NCBI RefSeq assembly: GCF_001194135.2
Contig: NC_068986.1
Coordinates: 39,859,450-39,903,341, forward strand
Length of the DNA: 43,892 nt
DNA from: Octopus bimaculoides
Taxonomy: Eukaryota
Direction of reading: 5' to 3'
Made by a program: the position numbers and the translations under genes. Under the pieces are notes generated by a model. The model was not told where the DNA came from, searched no databases, and saw only the letters and a list, made by a program, of their open reading frames with translations. Below are positions 33,130-43,892 of the stretch, piece by piece. Position 1 is the stretch's first letter; each line of letters begins with the position of its first letter.

Positions 33130-34487
33130 ACATACATGCAAACTGAGAAATCCGTCTCACGTAAACATATATATCCGTTGATACCAACTCACATACACTG
33201 TGAAATGAGTTCTTTTTTTTTATTTTCCTCCTCACAAATAGAAGTCATGTTAAATTATTGTTTTTAAGAATATTTTCTATTAGTGTAATTTCAGTGGATA
33301 CGTGAGCTCTGACAATATTTCAACATTTGCAATTCATAAGAACTTCTCCATATTTCTGGAAGATGAATTCGTTTATGACTTCGTATAATTTTCTCATTTC
33401 ATTATTAATTGCTCCTGTTTTTATCATGTGTTAAAATGTATTACTTGAACATTAGCATGCCAATAATTTTTGTCAACCAATTTGCTTTACGCAACCTTAT
33501 GTTGAACTGTCGTTTTGTCAGGAATTCCGTCACCAATATTTATTTGAATATTCATCCACTCATATTTTTCGCTAGTGACTACAAGTTCGAATCCATTATG
33601 ACCTGATTCCTCATCAATTACAACATAATGATTTCTATTGACAATTATGTACCATAATTAATGTAAATACATCGGGGTAGGCAAAATTTACGACGGTATT
33701 CATCCGAAGATAGTATCTGCTATAGACAAACTGCATTTAAAAACACAATAAGTATATATCAGGAGACAGAAATCGTCTCAGTAGCGGTTAATGAGAGCGC
33801 TAGATGCATTTCTGTCTCGTTGCGCGTTAACAATACTGTATACTCACAGCCAGCTTTCTCAGACGAAAACTGTGAATAAACAATCACTAATGATTCAAGT
33901 AGCCGCTCAGCTGAATAACAATCCATTAATTTTGCCTATCACGATTATTTACATTATCTATGATACAATCTAATACTTCTGTTACACGTAACAAATTTTT
34001 ATAATCATTTTGTTCTTTAAAAAGAAACGACAGTACCTGATAACTTTCCCTGGGGCGATTCACGATGTCAAACTATCTCAAAGATTCGTCCATTTAGACG
34101 CGCAGGAAAAACATCAGCTACCTGAAAGATACGATTACGTTGTCAACTTCGAGAGACTGATGTCTCGATACGAAACGTTGTAGCAAAAATCTGTTGGCTA
34201 TCGTTTCTATAGAATATCTGTAGAAACAACCTTTAAAATAATGTAACAAGCACTGCTGACGCAGTAGGACGTGGTACTGACTTATAAAAATATTTAGTGT
34301 AGTTCATAGTATATTGTGTTTGTATAACGAAGTACCTACAAATCTTTATTCTTTCCAGTGTTATAAAAGACCTGGATTTTGACTGGCAAATGAAGATTAT
34401 CGTAAGTGCGGCAGGATTCTATATCCCTGCCTCAACACCAGTAATAGATTATTCTCTCACACACGTACACACACACACACACACACA

Positions 34488-34569
<82 letters not shown>

Positions 34570-35060
34570 AACAACTTGGCATACGCCCTTGACGAAAAGA
34601 ACGTGCTTTCATACACTATGAAGAACTTTGCCGCATAGATTCACACACCGTCACATACACTTATGAGAAATATGTCTCACATAAACACATGCATAACTCT
34701 TGATACCAACCAACATACATTGTGTAATGAGATTTCTCATAAACAGAAATAACGTTAAATGATGGTTTCGAAATATTTTCTGCATATTTGTCTAATTTCT
34801 CCACAGACATTTGTTCGAATTCGTGAATTCGAACCGTATTCTAACATTTGCAATTCATAAGTGCTTTGCTTTTCCATGTTTCTGGAAGCTAAAGCTTGTT
34901 TATGACTTCATATAATTATCTTATTTCATTATTAATTGCTGCTATTTTTATCATGTATTAAAATGATGTATCTGTGAAAATTTGATTTACCTTCATTATT
35001 TCCAACACAATTTACTTAACGTAGTTATAATACTTGAGTTTGTTGTCTGGATTTGTCCTA
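33130..35060 (+). repeat. Local direct duplication (~33130-33550 vs ~34655-35060)
   Basis: Shared tgagaaat..gtctcac.taaaca, ttgataccaac, aacatttgcaattcataag, tttctggaag, gtttatgacttc.tataatt, tttcattattaattgct, tttatcatgt.ttaaaatg. Confidence 0.85.
34460..34568. repeat. (CA)n(CT)n microsatellite
   Basis: Directly visible. Confidence 0.97.
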
Positions 35061-35234
35061 TTCAATTCATTGTTACAGAAAGTCTAAATTGATAATTTTA
35101 ATAATGCTCAACGGAATCTTCGTCTTTCTTCTTCATGTTATGGATAACCTACCTATCTCTTGTCAATTATTTCTCTTCCATGGCTGTAAGTGAGGTGATG
35201 AAAAACTCATATATTTTATGTGTTGTCAAATAAA

Positions 35235-35410
35235 GAAATGAGTGTTGAATTGGCAGAGTCTTTAGCGCGTCGGACAAAAGGCCTTGCGTATATATTTGAG
35301 CTATTTGTGTTCAGAGTTCAAATCCCGCCAAGGTCAGCCTTGTTTTTCATCCCTCCGGAGTCAATGAAATGCAATTCAAATCAAGTAATTAAGTTGATAT
35401 TATGGACTCC
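35235..35410 (+). mobile_element. SINE family C, decayed
   Basis: ttggcagagtctttagcgcgtcggacaaa...gagttcaaatcccgccaaggtc...tttcatccctccggagtc. Confidence 0.75.
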
Positions 35411-35756
35411 CTATGATGATGGTAATAATAATTATTATTATTGGGCTTTATATATTTGTACCCCAGTGTCACTTTGATCGCATGTGTTGCTCTCTCACTC
35501 AGTAATAATAATCATATATACATACATAATCTATATATATTTACGTCTTTATATATGTATGTATATATAATATATGTAGACGTGGTGTATGTATTTTTTT
35601 TAGTGTCCAACGGTAAATATTCTTCGTTTCAAATTAAGTAGAGAATATCGTAGAAAAATTTCCTAAGCTGATCATGTTAATATATTCCAATAACAGTTAC
35701 AAAAAGCGATGTAGAAAAAAGCGATAAAACTTCAACTAACGAAATCTGCGACAGGA

Positions 35757-35837
35757 CCACGTCGTCGTCGCTGCTGCTGCTACCGCCGCCGGTACCACCG
35801 CCACCACCACCGCCACCGCCACCGCCGCCACCAGCGC
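35757..35837. repeat. GC-rich compound triplet repeat (GTC)(CTG)(CCG/CCA)n
   Basis: Directly visible. Confidence 0.9.
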
Positions 35838-35851
35838 CCTTCTCATCTACC

Positions 35852-36330
35852 TCAGGACATGAAAGCAAAGCCCTTTACAAATCGTATGACCAGGTAGAAG
35901 AAATTCATGGTGAACGACACCCTACTAATCAAATGATTATCAATATCACCTTCACACTTCAACAACAATGGCTTAAATTTTTGGTCGCGGCTTGATAATC
36001 CATCCGAATTTGGAAGCTGCTCTTTTGTCTCGACATTGTAGCCGTACACCCATGTTTGTCCATCTCTGATCATACAATTTTTAGATGGGTCTTCTTCAAC
36101 ATTAGAACGATTAAACATCTCCTGCCTGATTATGACTCGGTTCTCTTTCAGTTTGTCAGCAGATTTTTGCGGCAACGTGATGCATCTTTAATTATTCTCT
36201 TTTTAAAAAACCGTGTGGCTCGAACTTTTACAGACGCCTTCTTTGGAAACTTCATAGACAATCAGGCGACGCGTTTCACTTTGGCAATGTGTCTATATTC
36301 CGTTGTCGTGAGAGGTCATCCATATTTGGA
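35852..36330 (-). mobile_element. Mariner transposase fragment
   Basis: ORF 35852-36175 ...RVIIRQEMF...DGQTWVYGYNVETKEQ (GDETWVYGYDVETK motif)...VSFTMNF. Confidence 0.85.
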
Positions 36331-37334
36331 ATTGTCTTCAGTGGATGTTAATTTCCAATTTGAAGCGTCTATATCACTCAAGACACTCCCTAGTCCTGTT
36401 GCAGTATTCGGAAAAGATCACCTTGAAAGCTTTTCTCCCTTTCAAACAGAATTTCACACAATATACGTTGATGTTTTTTCTTTTTTAATCCTTCAATTCG
36501 CTACAAATTACTAAATGTACAAAATCTATGTTCATACCAGCAAGTGTAGATGGATGACTAACTGATGTAGCGTGATGATGGCTATGATTAGAATGAAAAT
36601 CAAGGTTACTCATACACAGCATTGCAGTCGCAAGTATGCTGCACTTGTTGACTGGAGCGCTGTTTTAAAAGTCTGGTTTCTTTTTGGACAGACCCAATAC
36701 TATAACCTTAAAAATACGGTATAGTCACAGTTGGATTGCCTTTAAATATGGATCTACCCGATCATGCTCGATCTGAAGCTAAACAACACAACATCAATCA
36801 CAACAACAATATCTCTCGTATCTCAAGATTAAAGACAATCTTGCTTGAAAAGCGCTTCATTAATTATCTGCACTTGCTGGAAGACTCTGAAATGCATATC
36901 TGCAAGTATCAAAGAGTATAAGATTGATTTGAAATTCCACAATCAGTACATTATTCATGGCCCAAATTTGCTTTCTGGCAGCGATTACATGACTATGCTT
37001 ACATTTTATCTCTTAACAATTCCACAGAGTCTGTTGAATCGTCTTTGACAATTATATCTTACACACGCTTAAAAAGACAATATCGCCACAACGAGGTGAA
37101 CAGTTCCTTATATACAGCAGTATGAAATATCAGGAAAACCATATCATTCTTACCAAAAATTTATCAAATTTACAACCATTCACAAAATGTTATCTTCTGC
37201 TTTCAGGGTATTAGAAAGTATGAACGAAAGAAAATGTCGGAAACTACGCCTTCGTTATGCTTTAATGTTATTAAGACTTCATTTCAAAAATGATAGCTCT
37301 TATCCATTTGTCATCGAAGATAAACTTTCACTTT

Positions 37335-37490
37335 TTTACTTATTTTACTTATTTGACTGCAGCCATGCTAAAGCATCAGCTTTCAAGATTTTAGTCGATC
37401 ATATTGACTCAGGATTTATTTCAGTGTGGTACCTATTTTATTGATTGCAATTAATCGAAACGATAGGTTACGGAACATAAAGTGACGCAG
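37335..37490 (-). mobile_element. SINE family A 3' fragment, decayed
   Basis: tatttgactgcagccatgctaaagca...tagtcgatcatattgactcagg. Confidence 0.65.
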
Positions 37491-37546
37491 CTTAGACAAC
37501 AGCACTGTTAAGTTTTAGACCCGCGTAAACACAATCATAGACACTG

Positions 37547-37630
37547 ACACACACACACACACACACACACCACCACCACCACCACCACCACCACCACCAC
37601 CACCACCACCACCACCACCACCACACACAC
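37547..37630. repeat. (CA)n(CAC)n microsatellite
   Basis: Directly visible. Confidence 0.97.
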
Positions 37631-39239
37631 TAGTTTATACATGAATCCCTATTTGCATAAAACATTCTTGCTTCAGTAACTAAATTTGCATACAAATTAC
37701 AGGTGGTGTATCTCAATATTGCATATATCCTTAGGTTCTCAACATCTGAAGAATTCGTAGCGGCATCGTTATGATATAGGTTATGTACTGGACATAATTT
37801 TTACCTGGTTGAGCCCTTCCTGCTCTGATGAAAGCTGATTTCCTCCAGAAAGAAAGAAAGAAACAAACAAACAAAGGAAGGAAGAAACAAGAAAAAAAGA
37901 AAAATCGACCTTGGTATTTGAGTACAGGACCGTTTCATTATCGTCTCCAAATGGTTGAGAGGTAAAATTGACGTCAGCGAAGTTTTGACGCAGAAGCCAG
38001 GAAAGCGGATCGAATATCGCAAGGTAATCTAATGACACGGCCAATTCGTTGCCTTGCAGCATTTTTAAATATCAGTGGATGAAATTCCCATCAAAATATA
38101 TGCAAAGTTAAACTATGTATTTTCTCTGTAAAGTTTAATGCAGATATTTTTTTACTCATGACAACAACGATTAGCAAAACCACGTTCGAGTTGGCCGGAA
38201 CGTATTAAGAATAAACATGCTAGTCATCGTTTTGATTCTCATTGTTCACCTTGCATATGACAAATTTATAACCATTTGTAGCTTTTAACAAGTTAAGCCC
38301 ATGTTAATAACTTTTAATTCCTATATTCAATAATTCTGTTTTATTTGCATAATCGCAAACAACCACATAATTTATTAAAATTCAACTGTATGCAATAACA
38401 AAATAATTAATATACTACAACTACCCACACACGTACACATCAATCATCTCCACCATATTTTAATTATATCAAGTACATTTTTCTGTTGCAAGCAAGTATT
38501 TGAAAACGTTGTCAAGCGGGAACAAGTTAAATGCGTAACAATATAAGATAATACACTGTGGTAGTCTTCTCTCTTCCGGAATGGTGTTATAATAATGCAT
38601 GATAACAATAGTTGACTGGTTTCCTGTCACCTTAATATAGGATTCAAAAAATTTATTTACTTACAGTAAATTATGAGATCCGGAAATTGTCGTTATATTT
38701 TCATTATTGACGAGTAAATGAATGATTACGTGTGCTCTGAACAGTATGACGTCAAATAACAAAATGCTTTATTGCCGGTTGAAAATGAAGCATATATTTT
38801 GCATTGGAAGTTTTGTATGGTCCGTCGATAAATCACATGCTGGTTTTCACGTCATATTTTTTTTACGTAGGAATAAGCGAATTCCGCACAAATGTGTGTG
38901 CTTGTGTGTTCGCACGCACACACGCCTACACACACATATGCATACATAAATACATGTATATGTACATGTATACATATATATATAGGTATATGAGCATGAC
39001 ATGTATATATACATACATCCATGTATAGATATATATACATGTGTGCGTGTGTGCGTGTGTGTGTGTGTTTATCCACGAGAGATATTCCAGATGACTTTTT
39101 TTAGGAGAGGTAGTTATAACTGTTCTAGATTGTTGTAATTTTAATATATCATTACTATACATCGAATTAGCTGACCTGCCAACTTTTATTCCGGATTGAA
39201 GCTGACGGCTTTAACAGCACTTTGAACATGTCCTACCAA

Positions 39240-39555
39240 ACACTGCTTGTCACAGTTCAATCCAGGTAAGCAACTGCCTGACAGATTTGGGCATCAAAAC
39301 TGTCCCTCACCCTCCCTACAGGCCGGATCTTGGTCCCTATGGCTTTTAGTTGATCCCCCAAGCTGAAGGAGTACCTCGGGAGCCGTCGGTTTGAAGACAT
39401 TGAGAAGGTGGAGGTTGTGACAATGTTTCTGGACACATTCACTTTGGAGAACTTCCTCGGTGCCGTCATGGCTGAAGTGGCTGGAGTGCGGCAACATGTT
39501 CACTGAAATCAAAGGATCGTACTTTGAAGGAGGTTAGAGTTTTGTGCTTCATTGA
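39240..39555 (+). mobile_element. Mariner transposase 3' fragment
   Basis: LTDLGIKTVPHPPYRPDLGPYGF*LIPKLKEYLGSRRFEDIE...KWLE...KGSYFEGG*. Confidence 0.88.
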
Positions 39556-39557
39556 AA

Positions 39558-39578
39558 GGCGCAGGAGTGGCTGTGTGG
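39558..39578 (+). mobile_element. SINE family A 5' terminus running into a gap
   Basis: ggcgcaggagtggctgtgtgg; related to the reverse complement of cacacagccatgcc at ~1836-1849. Confidence 0.65.
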
Positions 39579-40619
39579 NNNNNNNNNNNNNNNNNNNNNN
39601 NNNNNNNNNNNNNNNNNNNNNNNNNNNNNNNNNNNNNNNNNNNNNNNNNNNNNNNNNNNNNNNNNNNNNNNNNNNNNNNNNNNNNNNNNNNNNNNNNNNN
39701 NNNNNNNNNNNNNNNNNNNNNNNNNNNNNNNNNNNNNNNNNNNNNNNNNNNNNNNNNNNNNNNNNNNNNNNNNNNNNNNNNNNNNNNNNNNNNNNNNNNN
39801 NNNNNNNNNNNNNNNNNNNNNNNNNNNNNNNNNNNNNNNNNNNNNNNNNNNNNNNNNNNNNNNNNNNNNNNNNNNNNNNNNNNNNNNNNNNNNNNNNNNN
39901 NNNNNNNNNNNNNNNNNNNNNNNNNNNNNNNNNNNNNNNNNNNNNNNNNNNNNNNNNNNNNNNNNNNNNNNNNNNNNNNNNNNNNNNNNNNNNNNNNNNN
40001 NNNNNNNNNNNNNNNNNNNNNNNNNNNNNNNNNNNNNNNNNNNNNNNNNNNNNNNNNNNNNNNNNNNNNNNNNNNNNNNNNNNNNNNNNNNNNNNNNNNN
40101 NNNNNNNNNNNNNNNNNNNNNNNNNNNNNNNNNNNNNNNNNNNNNNNNNNNNNNNNNNNNNNNNNNNNNNNNNNNNNNNNNNNNNNNNNNNNNNNNNNNN
40201 NNNNNNNNNNNNNNNNNNNNNNNNNNNNNNNNNNNNNNNNNNNNNNNNNNNNNNNNNNNNNNNNNNNNNNNNNNNNNNNNNNNNNNNNNNNNNNNNNNNN
40301 NNNNNNNNNNNNNNNNNNNNNNNNNNNNNNNNNNNNNNNNNNNNNNNNNNNNNNNNNNNNNNNNNNNNNNNNNNNNNNNNNNNNNNNNNNNNNNNNNNNN
40401 NNNNNNNNNNNNNNNNNNNNNNNNNNNNNNNNNNNNNNNNNNNNNNNNNNNNNNNNNNNNNNNNNNNNNNNNNNNNNNNNNNNAAAGCGTTTTAGTACTT
40501 TAATAAATCTGTTACAATTGTGCGTCAGTTTGTGCGTCTGCGAGGCTTTGTGTTTTGTTTACATTAGCAGGTAACAAGATGTACAAATTAAGATAAAAAT
40601 GAAATAAACATTCGAATTG

Positions 40620-41640
40620 GTACGCAGGTCGCACCTAATCAAGAGAAATCTTTAGATACGGCAAAACTTTTGGGTGGCCTCAAATTTTCAGGCTGATTTC
40701 GGATGGCTGATTCGATTCCATGAGCAATATGAGATCTTAACCTAAGTTTTCTGTGGTGAAGTAACTGACGTTCCAGGACTAAAAAAGAAAAAAAAAACGA
40801 TTGAGTGGTAAGAATAGAGAAATAAAGAAACTTTTTCCTACAACACTCAATTTTCTTTTTAGTTGTTACCTCAAGCGACCAAAGATGTCCTGCAAAGAAG
40901 GATACAGATAACAACAAAATTTGTTTGTACCGCGACAAGAACTGAGAAACTATGTCCCTTTGTTATTCAAAATTTCCTAGAAACTTCGAAAATGTAAAGT
41001 ATCTTTTGGTTAAATATGATGTCAACAAAAATAGCTTGGATGTCAAGAGAGTTGTTTGTCACTTGGACAAGAAAGTGTAAAAGATAAAATAGAAAAGTAT
41101 TTTCTGCACATAGCAAACTGCTTCATTTAGATAATGTCCGGGTCGAGTATCTTCTATCAAATTGCACTGCAGTTTTACAAGCATTGGATCTAGGAATAAT
41201 TCTTGCCTTGAAAACCCATTACAAAAANNNNNNNNNNNNNNNNNNNNNNNNNNNNNNNNNNNNNNNNNNNNNNNNNNNNNNNNNNNNNNNNNNNNNNNNN
41301 NNNNNNNNNNNNNNNNNNNNNNNNNNNNNNNNNNNNNNNNNNNNNNNNNNNNNNNNNNNNNNNNNNNNNNNNNNNNNNNNNNNNNNNNNNNNNNNNTTTA
41401 TGTGTTCATTTATTTACTTTTTTCAGAAGCAGCTCTGAGTGATGATGAAATAGGTTTGGAAGAAAACGAAAGTGATTGAAAAAGTCAACGGTTGCAGATC
41501 TCGGTTTCAGCTATAAAAGATTTTCTACACGATCTAAGCCCGGAGACATTTATAACTGTAGATGATTACTTGTTAGTATCACATGAGCTAAATGACAAGG
41601 AGATAGCTGAAAGTGTTAAAAAATATTAGTAAACAGCGAA
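40620..41640 (+). mobile_element. Decayed Tigger/pogo transposase remnant
   Basis: LIQEKSL..AKLLG; SDGWLIRF-like; CGE; TATRTEKLCPFVI; NSLDVK (AWMT-like); NCTAVLQALDLGIILALKTHY; acidic C-terminus SDDEIGLEENESD. Confidence 0.8.
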
Positions 41641-42219
41641 GAAGAAAACGAAGTTGGAACAGGCACTTCGATTTAGCAAAAGAAAACTTTGTCCGATGCA
41701 TTTTCCAGTATTAAAAAAGGATGGCAAATCCTTTTTCCTGTTATGAGGTATTAGATACCGTGTTTCAATATGTGACTGGAATTGAAGACTTTCTGTTCCA
41801 AGGCAAAATGCCAAAATCGGATCAATAATAAAAAAAAAAAGGTTTTTTTTCTTTTGTTTCGTTTTGTGTTATTTTTCGAATTGGACTGTTGATATGTACT
41901 ATTAACTGATTATTCTTATATACCGCTGTATGAATAAAAGTGTCTTAAAGATTTGTGGTCTCTTCGTTATAAGGCTGCATTTGACATCCTTATTATGCCA
42001 AATTTCAAAATGAAACAAAATAGATTAGAAAAATACGTATCCGAATATTAATAATATACATACATACATATATGTGTACGTATTACGTACGCATGTATGT
42101 ATTTATGTATGTCATTATTCAATTTCATTTGAAGATTTCTTGCAAATAAAGAAAGAAGCAGTTTCTAACCTAGATCCAAGGCTCTTTCATTCGAATTTCA
42201 ACAACATCAACAGGGTATT

Positions 42220-42283
42220 TTTGTATGTATGTATGTATGTATGTATGTATGTATGTATGTATGTATGTATGTATGTATATACG
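42220..42283. repeat. (TATG)n microsatellite, continuing after the MITE at 42501-42600
   Basis: Directly visible. Confidence 0.95.
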
Positions 42284-42285
42284 TA

Positions 42286-42500
42286 CGAGGGGTGCTGAAA
42301 AGTTCCTGGCTTTAAGTAAAAGAAAATACAGAAGGATCAGTTAATTATGATTTTATTCAACATATTCCCCTCTTAGATCCTTGCACTTATTGCAGCAGTC
42401 CTTCGTTTTTCTAAACCCTGTAAAAGAACTCGGAAGGTTGGGCCTCCAGCCAGGCCTTTCGTGATGCTCTTAAAGCCAGGAACTTTTCAGCACCCCCTCG
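42286..42500. mobile_element. 215-bp mariner-type MITE with TA TSD
   Basis: TA|cgaggggtgctgaaaagttcctggctttaag ... cttaaagccaggaacttttcagcaccccctcg|TA; ~31-bp TIRs identical except for one G. Confidence 0.95.
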
Positions 42501-42719
42501 TATGTCTGCATGTATGTATGCATGTATGTATGTATGCATGTATGTATGTATGTATGCATGCAAGTATGTGTGTGTGTGCGTGCGTGCGCGCGCGTGTTAT
42601 TAGCAATCTCATTGCAACGTTGTCACAGTGATTTTTGTATACCCCATGGATTTCGCTAAAGTGACTATAGCAGAATATCACCTGTATTTCATTTATCTGT
42701 CCCTCAATAGCGTAGCTAG

Positions 42720-42925
42720 AGGGTGTGCCACTGGAGGCAGCCCTTGAGTTTGCACTTCTCCACCACCACACCCCATTTGATGTGGATTATACAGCTGACC
42801 CAAACGTGCTTCCCCATTAAAGTGTGGCCCGGTGCGGACTGCCCCTCGCCTCTCCTCCAAGCTGTTGTCCCTATGGCAGAAGTCCTTATATATTCTTCTA
42901 CGCAAACTAGCTTTATTGTTAGAGA
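42720..42925 (-). mobile_element. L1/Tx1-like LINE 3' end fragment
   Basis: Reads KASLRRRIYKDFCHRD.. like Tx1 ORF2 C-termini, then GC-rich tttgggtcagctgtataatcc...gagaagtgcaaactcaaggg. Confidence 0.45.
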
Positions 42926-43060
42926 GCCGGGTAGAATGCATTGGGATATTTTACCAGCTCTCTGCGTTCTGTGTTCAAATCCTATTGGATCAACTTTGCC
43001 TATTATTTTCTCGGGCCCACTAAAGTAAAGTACTAAGGAAGGGCATTGGACTGAGAGAAT
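42925..43060 (+). mobile_element. SINE family C, highly decayed
   Basis: gcgttctgtgttcaaatcc...gatcaactttgcct...aagtact. Confidence 0.5.
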
Positions 43061-43289
43061 TGTCAGAACATCTTACAGGTTAGCCACGTATCTATTCCGT
43101 TGGGGCTTTTGTTTGCGTTCTGGCAGCAACGCCTGCAACAACATTTGTTCCAAGCAGTATAGGTCTTTTTCTTGGCCGACATCGAAGCGTGGAGAGGTGA
43201 GATTTGCACGCATAAGTAGTTGTCATATCTTCCATTAATAATTTTTTAAAAAACCCCAGAAAAATCTCATCCTGACTAATGGCGTAGCT

Positions 43290-43540
43290 AAAGTGTGTGC
43301 CTCTCCTTCGCTCCGGGTCCCAAGCCCATACAGGTTTATACAGCAGACCCAAAAGGGCCGTCCCTATAAGAGCTTCATCCGGGCCGGATTACCGTTCACC
43401 ACCTCACCTTACCCACCTTACCTTGCCCCATCTTACCTTACTCTCACATCGCCTTACTTCCTACATCGTCCTGCCCCTTATCTGACCTTAGCCTTCACCT
43501 GGCCTTAGCCCCCATTCGCCTTACTCCCTTCATCTACGCT
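43290..43540 (-). mobile_element. GC-rich repeat-derived segment with (CCTTA)-like reiterations
   Basis: Multiple ccttac/ccttag units; shares tttgggtc.gctgtataa.cc with 42780-42800 on the minus strand. Confidence 0.4.
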
Positions 43541-43892
43541 ACTGATCCAGACCTCCATCTTCAACAGGAACTTTCCAGGTGCAGATCAACAGTTCAGCGG
43601 AAATATCTCTGGGATTAGTTTAACATGAAATAAATTCGAAATTTATCAGTTTTTCAATAGCCACAAGGACATAGATGAGGTCAGATATCACAAAGACAAA
43701 CATTAGTTTTGTCAGTACAGACTGAGATCCGACTGTTGCAATTTTAGTATAGTCATGCACACCTCAACACCTTGCAGAATAATCTCGTCTACATATATAT
43801 TGGGACCTCATTTACGAACGCCTCCCATTACAAACAAATCGGTTTATGCACAATTTTTCGAATATAAAACGTCTCGGGTGACGAACAGTGTC

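Noticed and set aside
34036-34120. Minus-strand segment with good acceptor and donor as a coding exon
   Set aside because: Stops in all three frames; at most a UTR or non-coding exon
34160-34190. Hammerhead-like ctgatg...cgaaacg
   Set aside because: The core lacks the required CUGANGA, and no stems I/III were found
35677-35868. Poly-Gly ORF (GAGGGGGGGGGGGGGTGGGSSSSDDD)
   Set aside because: GC-rich triplet microsatellite abutting a mariner fragment; no splice context or homology
36736-36921. 61-aa ORF MPLNMDLPDHARSEAKQHN...
   Set aside because: No recognisable domain, no convincing splice signals, and a length expected by chance
43600-43892. Cys-rich or TBC-like peptide on the minus strand at the window end
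   Set aside because: Frames are short and stop-interrupted; resemblance to a piggyBac CRD or TBC domain is too weak to call

Overview
AT-rich eukaryotic (animal) genomic DNA from a gapped draft assembly. N-runs lie at 2355-2650, 5036-5048, 7067-7475, 14171-14180, 24790-25362, 29690-30363, 30765-31035, 32892-33119, 39579-40483 and 41228-41396. The dense (TA)/(TG)/(AAT)/(TATG) microsatellites and the tRNA-derived SINE families resemble those of Octopus (coleoid cephalopod); this is inference from repeat content, not a database result. I could not identify any intact known protein-coding gene. Most ORF-track entries are microsatellite or gap artefacts, or fragments of decayed transposons: MULE, Chapaev-3-like, mariner, maT/DD37D-like, Tigger/pogo, Penelope-like, R4/Dong-like, RTE and L1/Tx1-like. 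The best-supported structures are: (i) a Chapaev-3-like transposon split by a mariner and a small MITE; (ii) an RTE-derived insert with an 11-bp TSD inside a Penelope-like element; (iii) R4/Dong-like fragments punctuated by (TAA)n; (iv) a ~190-bp, ~94% identical inverted SINE pair; (v) a 260-bp palindromic element; (vi) two local direct duplications. A CpG-rich promoter-like segment at ~15.1-15.5 kb has splice donors in both directions and may start a minus-strand spliced gene, with candidate exons at 15167-15217, 5162-5233 and 825-919. That model is speculative. I found no evidence of a complete novel multi-gene system.
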